This document shows, one piece after another, positions 38,990 to 51,800 of a stretch of DNA of 64,000 bases. Both the position numbers and the translations under genes were made by a program. The first letter of the stretch is position 1, and every line of letters begins with the position of its first letter. Source of the stretch: Calcarisporiella thermophila CBS 279.70 (lineage: Eukaryota; Fungi; Calcarisporiellomycota); the NCBI RefSeq assembly GCF_041956535.1, contig NW_027192211.1, forward strand, positions 371,995-435,994. Reading direction: 5' to 3'. A model generated the notes under the pieces. The model was not told the DNA's origin. It did no database searches and was given only the letters and a program-made list of their open reading frames with translations.

Positions 38990-40493
38990 CTAAGCTCACT
39001 ATTGATCTGGTGCATTAATTTCAAGAGAGGAATATCGTTCCAAGCGATTTATGCAATGGCTGACGCCATGATCTAAATCGCTTAAACAGCGTCCAAAGAC
39101 TATGCCGGGGAAAGAAACATGCTTACTGTTCCTGTTTTTATCCATGGTTACCACAAATGTAGACTGCCTGCTTACCCTATTATTACGAAGTATCAAACAC
39201 GAATTTGGCGAGTAACATTGCATGCTTGTTATAAAAAGGAAATCCATGCTTCATTAATCATCGATATTCCTCTTTTGTCTCCTTGGAAGGTTATCTTTTT
39301 GCAGATCAATACTCCTCATGGCCATCCTTTTCATAGTCGGCTAAATGGATACGCCTTGCCAATGTTCTAGCCTTTAAATCGATTTAATTAATGAATGGCA
39401 TTTTCCATCCCCTAGGGCCTCTCGTGGTGCAAGATTGAATCCCTCCTTTTCGAGGCCATTAACTGGTCTTTTTACCACTTTTTACCACTTTTTACCACAC
39501 CCCTATACCTTTGGTGATGGCTTTGATGTTACTTCGTGGTCCGCCGTCGTAGCGCCCCCTGGAAGCTCCAATCGTGGGGCTTTCCTATGGCCTACCAACT
39601 CATCAATTACTACAGCTAGAGGCAAAAAGTAACTCGCCTCGCTTGTCTCCGACTGTTTGATCAATAAAGACCATTATAAAGGCTCTTTTTTCTAGAAGTA
39701 TAAAGTCAATTACACACTCCCTCTTCCTCTGGATAATGATTTCATTACTCGAAGCAAACCAAAGTTTGTCTGCTAAACCAATGAACACAGCCAGCATACT
39801 TTAGTGCAAACCATGCTCGCGAATGGTGATGGAGAATAAACTTCCACTGCTTAGTACCTGGTACACTACCTTGCTTGAAGGCTTGATAATGTTCTATCAA
39901 CTTGCAAGTAAGGCTATGACAACCCTGGTCCCATCCGCCTTTAACCATGGTTTCCCACAGTTTAATTTGATTGTAAGCTCGCGTTTACATGTCGCAGGAA
40001 GGGGTGCACTGGCTCACGGTGCTTTCAAAAGGGCTCTAGCATTTTTAACCTCACGGCGTTTATAAGTTAAATTTAATTAAACTATTAGCCTCAACGAGTA
40101 CAGAGTACTTGAAACATAACGTTATCTGGCTCTAGTCGCGATGGAATGAGTAAAAATTATTCATATCTCAAAGTATTTTGTCGTTTAGGACATAGGATTG
40201 CATGCCTACGTAGTAGCTTCCTTCCAGTTTCCATCGGACAACCAACGTCTGCCATGATTGAGAGTTGGAATACATGCCTGTGCTGCCGCATTTGCTGAAG
40301 CCAGTATGGCAAACTAGCTTGACTCCAATGGCCCCTTAACGACACATACAACCTCTCAATTGTAAGTTTGCTCAAGGAGAGTGGCAATGGCCAAGGCTTC
40401 GTGGAACGTTCCAAAGCCATGACGCGGGGGGAGGGAATCATTATGGAAATACTTCTGTGATCTAAAATTAGGGTTCGATAAGGCGGATTTCAT
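38990..40493 (-). pseudogene. Possible decayed gene or element remnant
   Basis: Protein-like minus-strand frames are broken by TGA/TAA/TAG stops, with residual splice-like signals. No family recognised. Confidence 0.25.
39471..39498. repeat. Short tandem repeat (TTTACCACTT) x about 3
   Basis: tttaccactt tttaccactt tttaccac is seen directly. Confidence 0.8.
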
Positions 40494-40697
40494 GACGGTC
40501 GCCCTGGATCCTTGACGTATAAGGAGATTTTTGGGCCCCTAAGATTTCCTCCATCCATCACACCGTGACTCCACCTTGACTGCTAAATTGTCCTTTTAAA
40601 TCGGTTGGGATTCAGAAGGCCGCAAGAAAACAAAACACGCAGTCTGTTTTAGACTCTTGATTCAGTCGAGAGCCCCCTCCCATCACCTCTTCCCACG

Positions 40698-42405
40698 ATG
40701 TCGGACTATACACCAGTCTTCCCCTCTCTCTATTCCCCCGTATACTCGCTTACCCACGAGCGCGTGCTCAAGCAGACTCGGGGCAAATTTCACATAGCCT
40801 CCACCCTTCGCCTCATTGCCGCTGAGCTCGGCGGATCAGCTCAGGATCTCGCGACTGGCGGGATCGAACTCCTTGCCATTGGAGCGGTGGTCGCGGCCAT
40901 TCGCTCGCTTGGTAAATTGCTGCTTCACTATTTGCAGAAGCACTTGATCATTAGAGCAGAATTCGACTCGCGGGACGAGGCATTTAGCTACATGCTGAAC
41001 TGGCTCAACGAACACCCGAGTTTTTCAAAGTCGCCGCAATTCCGAGTCTCGACCATCATCAGTCGAGGACGGAGGACGCTCCCGGGTGAAGACTCGGACA
41101 CCGCCATCCCCCCTCTGTACTTCTTACCTGCATCTGGTAATTTTCAATCTCGGAAATCCCCCCCTTCTACTCATGGCTAATTCCTCTGCTACCCTTCCTT
41201 AGGCACCCATTTCACCTTCTACCAAGGACTTCCTTTATGGCTGACATTCGCCTCTTCTTCCGAAAGCCAGTTCAACTATCAACTAAACCGTGCCCCCTCC
41301 GAGACTCCGATCGAATCCATCACTATTAGCACCCTCGGGTGGTCTCGGAAGATATTGGAGAATATCGTGCGCGAGGCCCAGGAGAGATTTGTAGAAATCG
41401 ACACAAGTCGTACTGTGGTCTATTCCGGCGATCCCTATGGTGCATGGCGGCGGACGCGGTCCCGACCTAAGAGGTAGAGGCTAAGTCTTTTTTGGTTGAT
41501 GAGGTGCTAAAAGCTGATTCCTTTTGCCTATAGGCCGATAAACTCTGTGATTCTAGACGAGCAACTGAAGCAATATCTGATAGAGGACATGCGGGAATTC
41601 CTGGACTCTGAGCGATGGTACGCTGACCGTGGCATTCCCTATCGGAGAGGATATCTTTTCTATGGAAAGCCCGGATCTGGCAAGGTAGAGTATTGAAATT
41701 ATTTTAAACAGTGACGCCCTTCTCCCCCTAACCTCATGCTGGTATGCTTAGACTTCGTTCATTTACGCGCTCGCCGGGCTCTTGGACCTGAATATCTACG
41801 CCGTCAATCTGTCTGTGCGCGGCATTAGCGATGACACCCTGAATGACATGGTGTTGAACACCCCTTCCCGTTGCATCCTCCTCATGGAGGATGTCGATGC
41901 GGCATTTATTGACCGGGAAAAGTCCAAGAACGACGACTCCGGCAACTTCATCACCTTTTCCGGGCTGCTCAACGCGATCGATGGCGTGGCTGCGCAGGAG
42001 GGCAGAGTCCTGTGCATGACCACCAACCACATCGAGCGACTTGATGCCGCCTTAATTCGCCCCGGCCGCATTGATGTTCGGGCGCATTTTGGCAATGCCA
42101 CGAAGCAAAATGTGCGCGATCTCTTCCTGCGCTTCTATCCGCACAACGCCACCCAAGAGATGGCGGACGAGTTCGCCAGCCACGTCCCCGAGGACCAGTT
42201 CACCATGGCCTCGTTCCAAGGCTTCCTAATGAACTACAAGAAGAAGCCCTACCTTGCGGTGGCGAACATCAAGGCGTGGGTCGAAAGCGGCGGGTCCAAC
42301 CTTGGCGATATCACCCGCGAGGGCGACGAGCCGCCGGGTGTCGAAGAAATCCACGGCTTTACCGCGGTGGAGAAGGACGAGGAGCAAAAGGAGAGCAAAT
42401 CATAG
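40698..42405 (+). CDS. BCS1-like AAA ATPase
   Basis: BCS1_N-like segment (FDSRDEAFSYMLNWL, FLPASGTH), [37 protein letters not shown] (Walker A), ILLMEDVD (Walker B), TFSGLLNAIDG, MTTNH, ALIRPGRID. Confidence 0.92.
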
Positions 42406-42937
42406 CTTCCAGGGAGACGACATAGACGAAGCGGCAAGGCTTATATTGGCATTTTTTTTTTGTAATATTTTTTTTTTTTTTGAATTTGGGCGGCCTTGAA
42501 CCGATTCCACAAAGAAACTAGAAATTCGAACTTTGTACATTACATCTATTTATTGCTTTCTCTTTCGCTTTTCCTTCGCTGACACGCAACAGACATTAAA
42601 GAGGAAGGAGGAGAGGACGAGATCTCGTGGATTTTATCATACTATACAAAGCGTGTTGTATATGGAGTGAAAATCAATATATAGGAGCAGAAGGAGAAAA
42701 AAAAAGGCAACATAAAAAGGGGTGTTGAAGGTGGGGGATATATGCAGACATCAAACACAGCAAAGCAGAATTTACAAGAAAAACTCTGAGCGTTGAGTGA
42801 TAGGGGATCTGTTATTAGGCGGGGAATGGGAGGGGGAAAAAAAACAATAAGAAATGCTATCTATATGTGTAAGTATATAAATTTATCGATGAGATATAAG
42901 AAAGGGAAAATAGGGGATAGAGTGCCGGAGGAATAGA

Positions 42938-43807
42938 TTAGAGTATATATTTGGAAAGCGAGGGGACGGAGAGCAGACTTGCCAAGCTTCTGCGTCGCTG
43001 CCTCTTGGTAGTAGTGGCGGTGATGGAAGAGGAGGAGGAGGAGGAAGGGGAGGAAGAGGAGTACTTATCGACGTTGGGAGCGGCCGAGGTTGAGGCCATG
43101 GCCGACAGAGAGGGCGAAGCGAGGGCGACTTCTTTGGCAGTGTGCGGCGGGTCCATGGACCTTCGTGGGGCCGGGACAGAATCGTCTCCCACTCGATGCA
43201 GAGGCGGCAGCCAGACGTTGCGCCTGGTTCCAAAGGAAGCAATCCTCATGCCCCCCGCGCCGCCGGGGTATTTGCCGGTCGGTCTTGAGAAGGGCTTCTC
43301 GGCGCCCTGCTCGGCGCTTGCAGTGGACGATGTATGCGAGCTCAGGGAGCTGTTGGAGCGGCGGCTCCTCAAGGAGCGTTCCGAGGATCCCGAGAGGACG
43401 GGCGAGCCCACCGGGGTGAGCGGGGGAGACGAGAGCTGCATGCGGTCCAGGACCACGTCGATGATGTTCCTCGAGCCCAGGCATGGGAAGATGGCCCTCA
43501 TCCAGTCCTCCATCTCCTCCCATGTGTCCGCACTGAACTCGTAACTGGGATGGGTATGGTTGTCCCGCGGCTCAAGGCGAAACGAGTAGGAACGCTTGGA
43601 GTGCGCCAAAGGAGCAGGCTCGACGGCCGCATAGTAGGTGAGATCGATGCATTCATACGGCATTTCCACGGGCGATTTCAGGGTATACAGCGAGGTGGGG
43701 GTCAGGATGTGGAAGCGGCGACGATGGAGGGGCGGGATGAGCGAATGTGTGGGCCGGAGGAGGAAGCCGGCTTTGAGGATGGGATCTGGAATGGCCGAGG
43801 ATGCCAT
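42938..43807 (-). CDS. PH-domain protein, intronless
   Basis: N-terminal PH pattern (ILKAGFLLR...RRRFHILT..SLYTLKS...IDL...YSFRL...YEFSADTWEEMEDWMRAI), then a Ser-rich disordered tail. Confidence 0.8.
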   Translation of the reverse strand: MASSAIPDPILKAGFLLRPTHSLIPPLHRRRFHILTPTSLYTLKSPVEMPYECIDLTYYAAVEPAPLAHSKRSYSFRLEPRDNHTHPSYEFSADTWEEMEDWMRAIFPCLGSRNIIDVVLDRMQLSSPPLTPVGSPVLSGSSERSLRSRRSNSSLSSHTSSTASAEQGAEKPFSRPTGKYPGGAGGMRIASFGTRRNVWLPPLHRVGDDSVPAPRRSMDPPHTAKEVALASPSLSAMASTSAAPNVDKYSSSSPSSSSSSSITATTTKRQRRRSLASLLSVPSLSKYIL

Positions 43808-44828
43808 TGAGGAGCGGGAGATGGCGGAGGGGGCCCAATCGATGAGGGGAAAATGACAAAAAGTGACGGAAGAGCGGAAACGGCAGGTTTGTTTGCCTTT
43901 TTATATAACCTGATTTCCCCCCCTCCTCTCCGGCGCCTTTGTTTGGGTCGCACGGAAGAATCGGATCACTCGCCTAGGGTTTTTCCCTCTCGATGATGAC
44001 AACAAATTGCGAGAAATTCGCTTGTGTGTAACGCCGTGACAACGTGGCTTCCACGTGCAACTCGCATACGATCTATATTGCGCTGGGAAGAAAGTCACCG
44101 AGAACTAAAACTCGGAATCCGCTTCCGTCCAACTGCGGCCGGTGTTTTCAGGCTAATAGCATTTCTAAATTCGATCGTGCTCTTGGAGCTCGGAGCACAA
44201 GGGCAACCACGGGGGTCTGGTTGAAACACTCTGATGTGCTGAGGGGCCCAAGGGGGCTCCTGCCGCAGCTGGGCTTGCCACCGCCCGCAGTGGCGGAAGG
44301 AGACGAGGGCTCGAAACCGGTGGGTCGTGTCGGCCAAGAAGCCTCCCTTGAACAAGAGCCGGAATGCTTGGAAGGGCTCGACTAGAAACCCGTGTTTCCA
44401 AGGGGTGAATAGGAATCCCGCAGCCAACGAGCACGAGCAACCCCCTATACTGGCCTGCTCCACCCACATGTGTTTTAATGCTCCTCACCGAAGCTTTGGT
44501 GTGCCACGTTGAACTTCCCGCCTACATTGGTCTCACTCTCATCTTTTGGCACGGCTGGGTGGCGTGATCGGATGACGCAAAAAGGGGGCCTGAGATAGGG
44601 GGAGGATAGAGAAATCTATGGGATATTCCCATCACGGCTAATTTTAATTTCTAAGCTAAGCCACTCCTTAGGCCTACCATTGGGGAGCCGGCATTCTGCC
44701 AAGGCATCCTAAGCCCCAATCTTCCCTGAAGGAATTTCCGTGACACAATCCAGCAGCCAACCTCACCCAAGAATAGCTAACTTTGCTCTCTTCGTAGCCA
44801 GACCGAACTCTTCATTCCTTTGGTTTGC

Positions 44829-46040
44829 ATGTCTACTTTCCATACATCGGCACGAGAAAAAATGATTGGCGAGGCAAACAAAGACGAGGAGAATGACGCC
44901 CCCGCATCCACGATTGACAATACCCTCTATTCCCGACAGTCGGCTTTGCCGCACATGCATGTAAGCCATCTCCCCTTCGTCCGCTCCACTCGATTGATAT
45001 CCCTGTTCTGTGGAGTCCTTGCTAATGCTTGCATTTGCTTTTCTCTCTTCATCCGGCATCTTAGAATGGTACGATCAATCCCCATCCCAATCCCTATGAC
45101 AATAATAACATCGTTGCCTTCACCCCCGATCCCCGCCTCAACACCGACGATGCTTTACCACCACAATACAATACCAACACCACCATTCTTGTTTTGCTCA
45201 TAGCCTCCTCACTCTCCATGCTCATTTTCACCGTCATCCCCGTTATCGTGAAGTTTCCTTACATCACCAGCTGGTTTGCCTCCAGTGCAGTATACCGATT
45301 CATAGATCCTCTGGTGACGCTGCCGCTGAACTATTTTTTGCTGGTCAATTCTGAGGTGTTTTTGCACAATGTGTATGGGAAGAAGCGATTCCTCGGACTC
45401 TCGGAGAAGAATTTCATCGCCCTGCTCTTCATGATGTCGGCCGCCATCTATGTGCAGTTCCATGGTGTGCACACGGCCTCTGCGATGTTCAAGCATCCGG
45501 TGGAGCAGGTTGGTAGGGGTGATTCGGTGCCGACGCGAGATTTTCTAACCTCTTGCCCTGCTTTCATAGTTCAACGACGATCACCCGGAGCTTGTGCAGC
45601 AGTTTCCGGTCCTCTACGATATTTATCTGTGGATGGAGGACATCTGGGAGCACAAGATTGCCCACTATCTTTACGCCTTTGGGGGGGCCTGTATGATTGC
45701 ATGCCAGCTCTACGCATACCGCGCCCAAGTCCACCAGCGCCTCACGGGGGGTCAAACTGCGCTCTGGGGGCTCGCCGTCCTCATCTATGCGCTCATTGTG
45801 GCGGGCGTGGCGATTGAATTCCCCGGCGGGCAGATCGTCGGGCTTGTCTACAGCGCGCTCATGGCCGTGGTGATAGGGCTGTATACTTACCTGAGCGGCG
45901 GTCTCTTCACGCGGGGCCGAAGGCTTGTACTTCAAACCTTACTGATGGCCTACATATTGGCCTTTGTGATTGTGGTAATTTACACGATTGCCGTGGGGGG
46001 GTTCAAGAATCGAAAATCCGCCGGATTGTTTGTACGCTAG
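44829..46040 (+). CDS. Uncharacterised multi-pass membrane protein with HGVH and WEHKIAHY motifs (CLN6-like)
   Basis: Exons about 44829-44960, 45065-45068, 45204-45508 and 45570-46040 join in frame. About 7 hydrophobic segments with intramembrane His/Glu residues. Confidence 0.7.
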
Positions 46041-46363
46041 CATGTTTATCCATGGGTGCACCAGCAGACTGACCTCGAACCCTTATTTCTCAGATATTTT
46101 TTCCTTTAATTTCACCTCTTGGTCTGGACCCTCTTCTCTTCTAAATCAAAATGTTTTTAATTTATGTTCTCTTTGCCCTCTTTTCCACTGCGGATGTTTT
46201 TTGTGCCTCAAAACAGCAGAATTTCGCTCCCCCCCCCCCCCTTTTTTTTCCCTTTTTTTTTACAACATAGCTCATCTACGGCTCGAACTTAGAGATGGAT
46301 TCAGCAATAACTCTTCCCCTCTCCCTTCCCTTTTTGTTTATTCTCATTCCAACATGACATTGG

Positions 46364-47260
46364 TTATTCTCTTGGACTTGTTCCTCCGACAAACATCCAG
46401 TCATACAGCTCCAACAACTCATCGGATGGAGCCATGGTTTTCTTGAACGCTGGCAGCGCCGCTAGAGTATCCTTATACGCCAACACACGTGCAAACTCCG
46501 ATGTGCGGGGAATGGTCTTGCCGTACAGGACTTCCGCGGAAAACAGGCGACCCATATGAGGCGCACAGGCAATATCGGCATAGGTTGGATGCGCACCAAA
46601 GAAGTAGGGGCCTTCCTCTGAATACTCCTCAAGCAATTGATTCACCTGTTTTGTCATAAATATAAATCAATATATCCAAGAGCAAAAAAATAAAAATAAA
46701 AATAAATGGCCACTAGACAAAGCTATCTACAATATAGTCAAGGTAGGCAAGCTTACCCGCTTCATGCGCTGTAGGAAGAGGTTCCACTCTGGCTCCAATT
46801 TTTCCCCCCCGGCCAATGCTCGATAAAACGCGGGCATGGTCTCATCGAGGAAGAAGTAGGTGAAAAAGCGCGCCTGCGCTTTCTTAACGGGGTCTGGCTG
46901 GTCAAACTTGGTGTTCTTGCCAAACGCCTCCAACAAGTATTCGACAATGTTAAGGGACTCTTTAAGCAGCTTATCGCCAACCTTAAGGCTTGGCACCTTT
47001 CCGTCGGGGTTCGCCTCCAGATACCACGCGGGCTTATTCATCCGTCTCAAGCCTCGCGGGTATAACTCCACTTCTTTGACTTCATGGGGAACCTCTAGGA
47101 GATCCAGTGCAATTCGCACGCGCTGGGCAAAGGGGCAGAGGTGACAGCTATAGAGGGTGATACTGGGGATTTCTAATCGAGAGACAGTTCATATGGGGGA
47201 TCAGAGGGAAAGGGATATTTTCCTTTGGGCATACAGGAGGAGATCATTACCGGTGGCCAT
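46364..47260 (-). CDS. Cys-type glutathione S-transferase (omega-like)
   Basis: MATEIPSITLYSCHLCPFAQRVRIAL, KPAWYLEANPDGKVPSL, ESLNIVEYL, GPYFFGAHPTYADI; 3 exons; TATAAATA at 47340-47333. Confidence 0.9.
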
Positions 47261-47516
47261 AAATGGGGTGATCCGTGTTCAGTTCAGCAACCTTTTCAGG
47301 GTAGGGGTTCAAGGCCATAAGCGGCCACAGGGTATTTATAACCATATTCTTTATTATTATTAATATTCCGAGAATTAGAACATACATGAGTCACCCTGAG
47401 GAGGGCAAATCGGCAAAGGGAATCTATTTTACAAACTTTAAAAGAAGAGGGTTGCGTGACTTTGCGGGAATGAGTTGATGTAAGAAGGCCGAATGGGGAG
47501 AGAGCCTCCATGCGGG

Positions 47517-48357
47517 TTAAAGAAGGATGCGCTTCAGCTTGTCCGCCAGCGTGCTCTTTCTGACCTTCACTTTTTCGTCGAGTGCGACGTCTTTTTTGGC
47601 GGCCACCTTACGGTCGACCTGGACGGCAGGGGAGACGGGCTGGGCAGCTACTCGAGCGCTCAGCTTAGTCACCACCTCTGCAAACTGCTTTCCTTGGACC
47701 CGCGCCACCGCGAGCTCCTTCTCCGACGGGGTTCTGCTTCCGTTTGCGCCGGAAATTGTGCCTGCGCCATATGGACTCCCTCCCATGATCTCGTCTGCAC
47801 TGGTGAGGTATTCGCTCACGTTCTTGTACCCAAGGGGCACGAAGACCATGCCATGGCTGGTGAGCGTGGTAAGGAAAGTGTAGGCGGCAGTCTCCTGTCC
47901 TCCGTGCTGTCCCCCGGTGGAGTAGAACACGCCCGCAGGTTTGCCGTGAAGGGCCCCCTGCATCCACAGCTGGCCGGTGGCATCGATGAACGAGGTCATT
48001 TGGGCGGGCAAAGATCCGAAGCGGGTTGGGAAGCCGAACAGTATTCCATCGGCCTCGGCGAGTTTGTCGGGCGTGATGATTGGATAGGCTTGCTTTTCGG
48101 GGGCATATAGCTTTTCGAGGACTGACAAAAGGGAAGCACGAGAAAATTAGTATGGATTAGCTCTCCCCCCTCTTCCTCTCACCCAATGGATCAGAGGAGT
48201 GGAAATGAAGCTTCGTACCTTCTTTGGAGAGTGTCTCAGGGACCTGGTAGATTTCTGCCGTCACGCCTGCTGTCTTCTCCACGCCCTCCTTGATAGCCTC
48301 GGCCAGCTTGACCACATGGCCATAGGTGCTGTAGTAGACAATGAAAATTTTAGCCAT
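47517..48357 (-). CDS. Flavodoxin-like NAD(P)H:quinone oxidoreductase (WrbA/Pst2/Ycp4 family)
   Basis: [78 protein letters not shown]; 1 intron. Confidence 0.95.
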
Positions 48358-48852
48358 GGACAGAGTATTAATTGGATGAATTGGGGGAAAGTGGTGGGGA
48401 AGTGTTGTGTAGAGGGTGGAATGAAGCTTTAATTAATATGAATTCAGAAGAGGATTGACTTTGCCCTAGTTTATATAAACTAGACGATGGTTCAAATATA
48501 GAAGGAATTTCCCGCTCTTCTCCTGGCAAATTTGAAAGTCACAGCCAGATTATTAATGTTTATCTTAATATTAGTCAAGATTCTCGTCCAATTTGTCGGA
48601 TGAGTTTCTAATTCTGAACATATCTCTGGGAAGTTGCTTCCTAACATGGAAATAGGAGTCGCGTCATTTCTAGGTCGTTTCGGCTGACGCCATAGTAAAC
48701 CGCTTTGTGCACCAAGGATGTTTAATAAAAAGGAAATCTTTATTACTGCCAAAAAAAGGTGTCAAGGTTGCAAAATTAAAGAAAAAAAAGGGAGGAGGGG
48801 GAAAAAGGAGGAAGGAAAAAAAAGACAGTCATAAACAACCGTTTCCGTCGTC

Positions 48853-51800
48853 TTAAATGCAGCCCCATCTCTCCTCGCCAAACTTCTTCACTTCTCCAAA
48901 CACTCGCAATGCCAATTCAGGCACCCCTGGCGTATAGACGATGGTCTCTAGCGTCACCAGGAAACCACGTAGCTCATTGTAATACTATCGTAATAAATAA
49001 AGTTGATTAGGCGCTCGCTTTGCATCGGAAGGGGAAAAATAGTCTAGGGTATCCAAAAAGAAAAAGAGCCTACCCCTCGCAGCATTTCCCGATACCACCC
49101 ATAGATCCACCACACCTTCCAGTTGTCCAGCGTTTGCCCGGACTCCGCGAGCAATGCGGTGAATTTTTGGAACACCATCAAGAACACCTCTTTCTGCTCG
49201 CGTCTCGCCACCTCGAGATTGTGCTCCAGCTGCTGGATCTGCTCCGTGCCATTCTGATTCTGCTCCGCATCAGCTAAGCAAAAGGCAACACCAAAAGAGT
49301 CAAGTCTTATTTCCTAATACGCGTTTCCCAATATTCCCTGGTCCGATACGTTACCAAGCTCTCCAGAACTCCGCTGTTGTTGAAGCTGCTCCAGCTTGGA
49401 TTTGGTCTGCACCACGCGGGCATTGACTTTGTTAAGCGTGTTCTTTAGAATTTCCCAGACATAGAATCTAAAATGGGGGATAAGCACCGCACATACGATA
49501 GATTAATCCTCTATTCCGCTCCCCCTCCTCCCCCCGGCTTCTAAGCAGCACTTACTTTGAGAAGTCGTTGACCTGCTCTGTCTCAAACGTCCAGTGCACA
49601 ATGGAGTTGGCGTCCACGACGCGGTAGTTGAGGAGTTTATCCATCAGAATCCCCATGAACTATGGGAGCCACCCACATGTCAGTCCGTTTGCATCCAAGC
49701 CTCGATTATAATGAAGGAAAGGGGCGGCCTTACCTGCTTATTCTTGTTCCAAAATCTTGCCACAATGCGGACGGTGTGCAGCTTGGCCTCTGGGGTTGAA
49801 TTGAGGTTCTGAAACACAGAGAGATATCTGTTCGAAAACAATGCAAATAAGCCACCCTGCTTTTGCCATCTTCTCCTTCAATGTACTCCACCTTTCCACC
49901 ACATTCATCACATGACTGAAGCTTTTGCTTCCAAGCAGTAGCGCGCATTCGATGAACAGCTCACGCGACGCCTCTTCGCCTTGTCCAAAGTTCTCCAGCG
50001 TCTGAAGGATCTCGTCGGCGCCCACTTTTCTGCGCAATTTAGTTAGTAATTCGGTTGACTCGTTATGGAGGGGGTCGAGCGGGTTCTCGAAGCGGAACAC
50101 GGGGGCGGGCGGCTCGGGGGCCACCAGCGGGGCGAGTGAGTCGGGAAGCATGGTGCGAATGCGGTCATAGTAACTAAACCGCACGCAAATGTCGAGCACC
50201 TCGCGGATGATGCTCTGTTGTGGTTGCTCAGGCGGAAGCGAGAGAGCAGGCTCCCTGGAACAAAGCAAAGGGGATGAGCATTTCCGGTAGGGTGGACGGC
50301 CTCCATCCGAGGTCATGGTGGGAGTAGGAGGGGGGGGAGGACTTACCACTCTTTCCAGTTCCAAACGTAGCCAAAGTTGCTTAAGTGGTGGGCAAACCAC
50401 TTGCCAAAGCGATACACGCATTCCACATCCATCTTGTCCACACGAGCATACAGCCGCTGGATCGTGCGTCCGAGGAGGGGTGGGAAGTGGCTCGGGTCGC
50501 CGCGACAGAGTTCAATAAAAAGAGCGGCAACGTAGACCTCTTTGTACTCGGGGGAAGGTAGGCGGAAAAGGTGGGAGATTAGGTTCTAGAGGCACCAAGC
50601 ACAGAAAAAGGGTGAGTCATGGGGGGGGGGGGGAGAGAAGAAGGTGGTGGGGGCGAGGCAGCGCCATCCATCGACTCACCTCGATCAAGATCTCGTACAA
50701 ACTGTACCCCTTCTTCAAGGGTGTCTCCTCCATTGAGGCGTCGTCGCCATTCGTCTTCTGGTCGTCGGAATCGCCCTCGGGCAGAAATGTGTCAGGGACG
50801 AAGTTATTTCGAAGACTGCGCAGGATTCTCGCGCATTCCTTACGATTGATCTCGAGTATTGAAAAAATATCGTTGATAACATCGTGGAGGACAAAGTAGT
50901 CTATAGAGGTTGGGTCGATGGCGGCGGGGATAAGCTGCGAGGCGGAGATTTTGAAAATTGATGCAACAATAATTATCAGACCTCATTTCAGAAGGGAGAG
51001 GTTTAGGGGGGGGGGGTGACAAGGAGGATTGAATACCTTTCCATCTGCGTCATAGGTGTTCATGAAAAGGATCTTTGGCATTGGATACAATAGTGTTTCA
51101 AATGGTTGTGGGACTTGGAGTTTTGGGAGTTCGTGCTGGGTGGCATAGTCGACATCAGATAAAAATAAAAAAAAATTTCACCTTGGTCGAAAGAGCTCTT
51201 ACCTGGGTCGAATTGCTGAGTTGTGACACAAAAGATGCTTGGGGTTTCGGGAGGATAGAGACTTCCCAGTTGGCCTCTTTGAGCGATTTGGTTTGTATCC
51301 ACAAGAGTGCTAGTGTCTATGGGGTGAGGGGTGAGGGGGGTTGGTTGAATAGGTCGAGTCATTTCTAAACCGTGAAAACAATAGAATATCAACTCACGTC
51401 CACTTGATCGTAGGCGGAGCCGCCTTGGTGGAAAGGTTTCAATAAGTCAAGATTTTCTCCGAGTTGAGCGCGTATCATGAAGTAGTTTTCAATGCGTTCC
51501 ATCAAGGACTGCAGCTCTGTCGGGGCCCGTGCATTTAGTTCGCCACCAACCTAGGAATTTAAATTAGCTCAGCTCGTTCAACACCGGGGTCAGCCAATTG
51601 CTTACATAGGGCAAGGCAGCAAGGACAATGAAGACAAAGAAGTCGGAGCGATTCCTTGAAGAGTTGGCGTCGCCAGCGGCATTTAGCAGCTCCGCAAATA
51701 AAGCAACGAGTGTGCTTGGTAGGATTACGTTGACGTTTACCAGGCATCCCAAGAAGCGCATCTAAAAGGAGGGAAACTAGTTTAGCATTTGAGGCCAATG

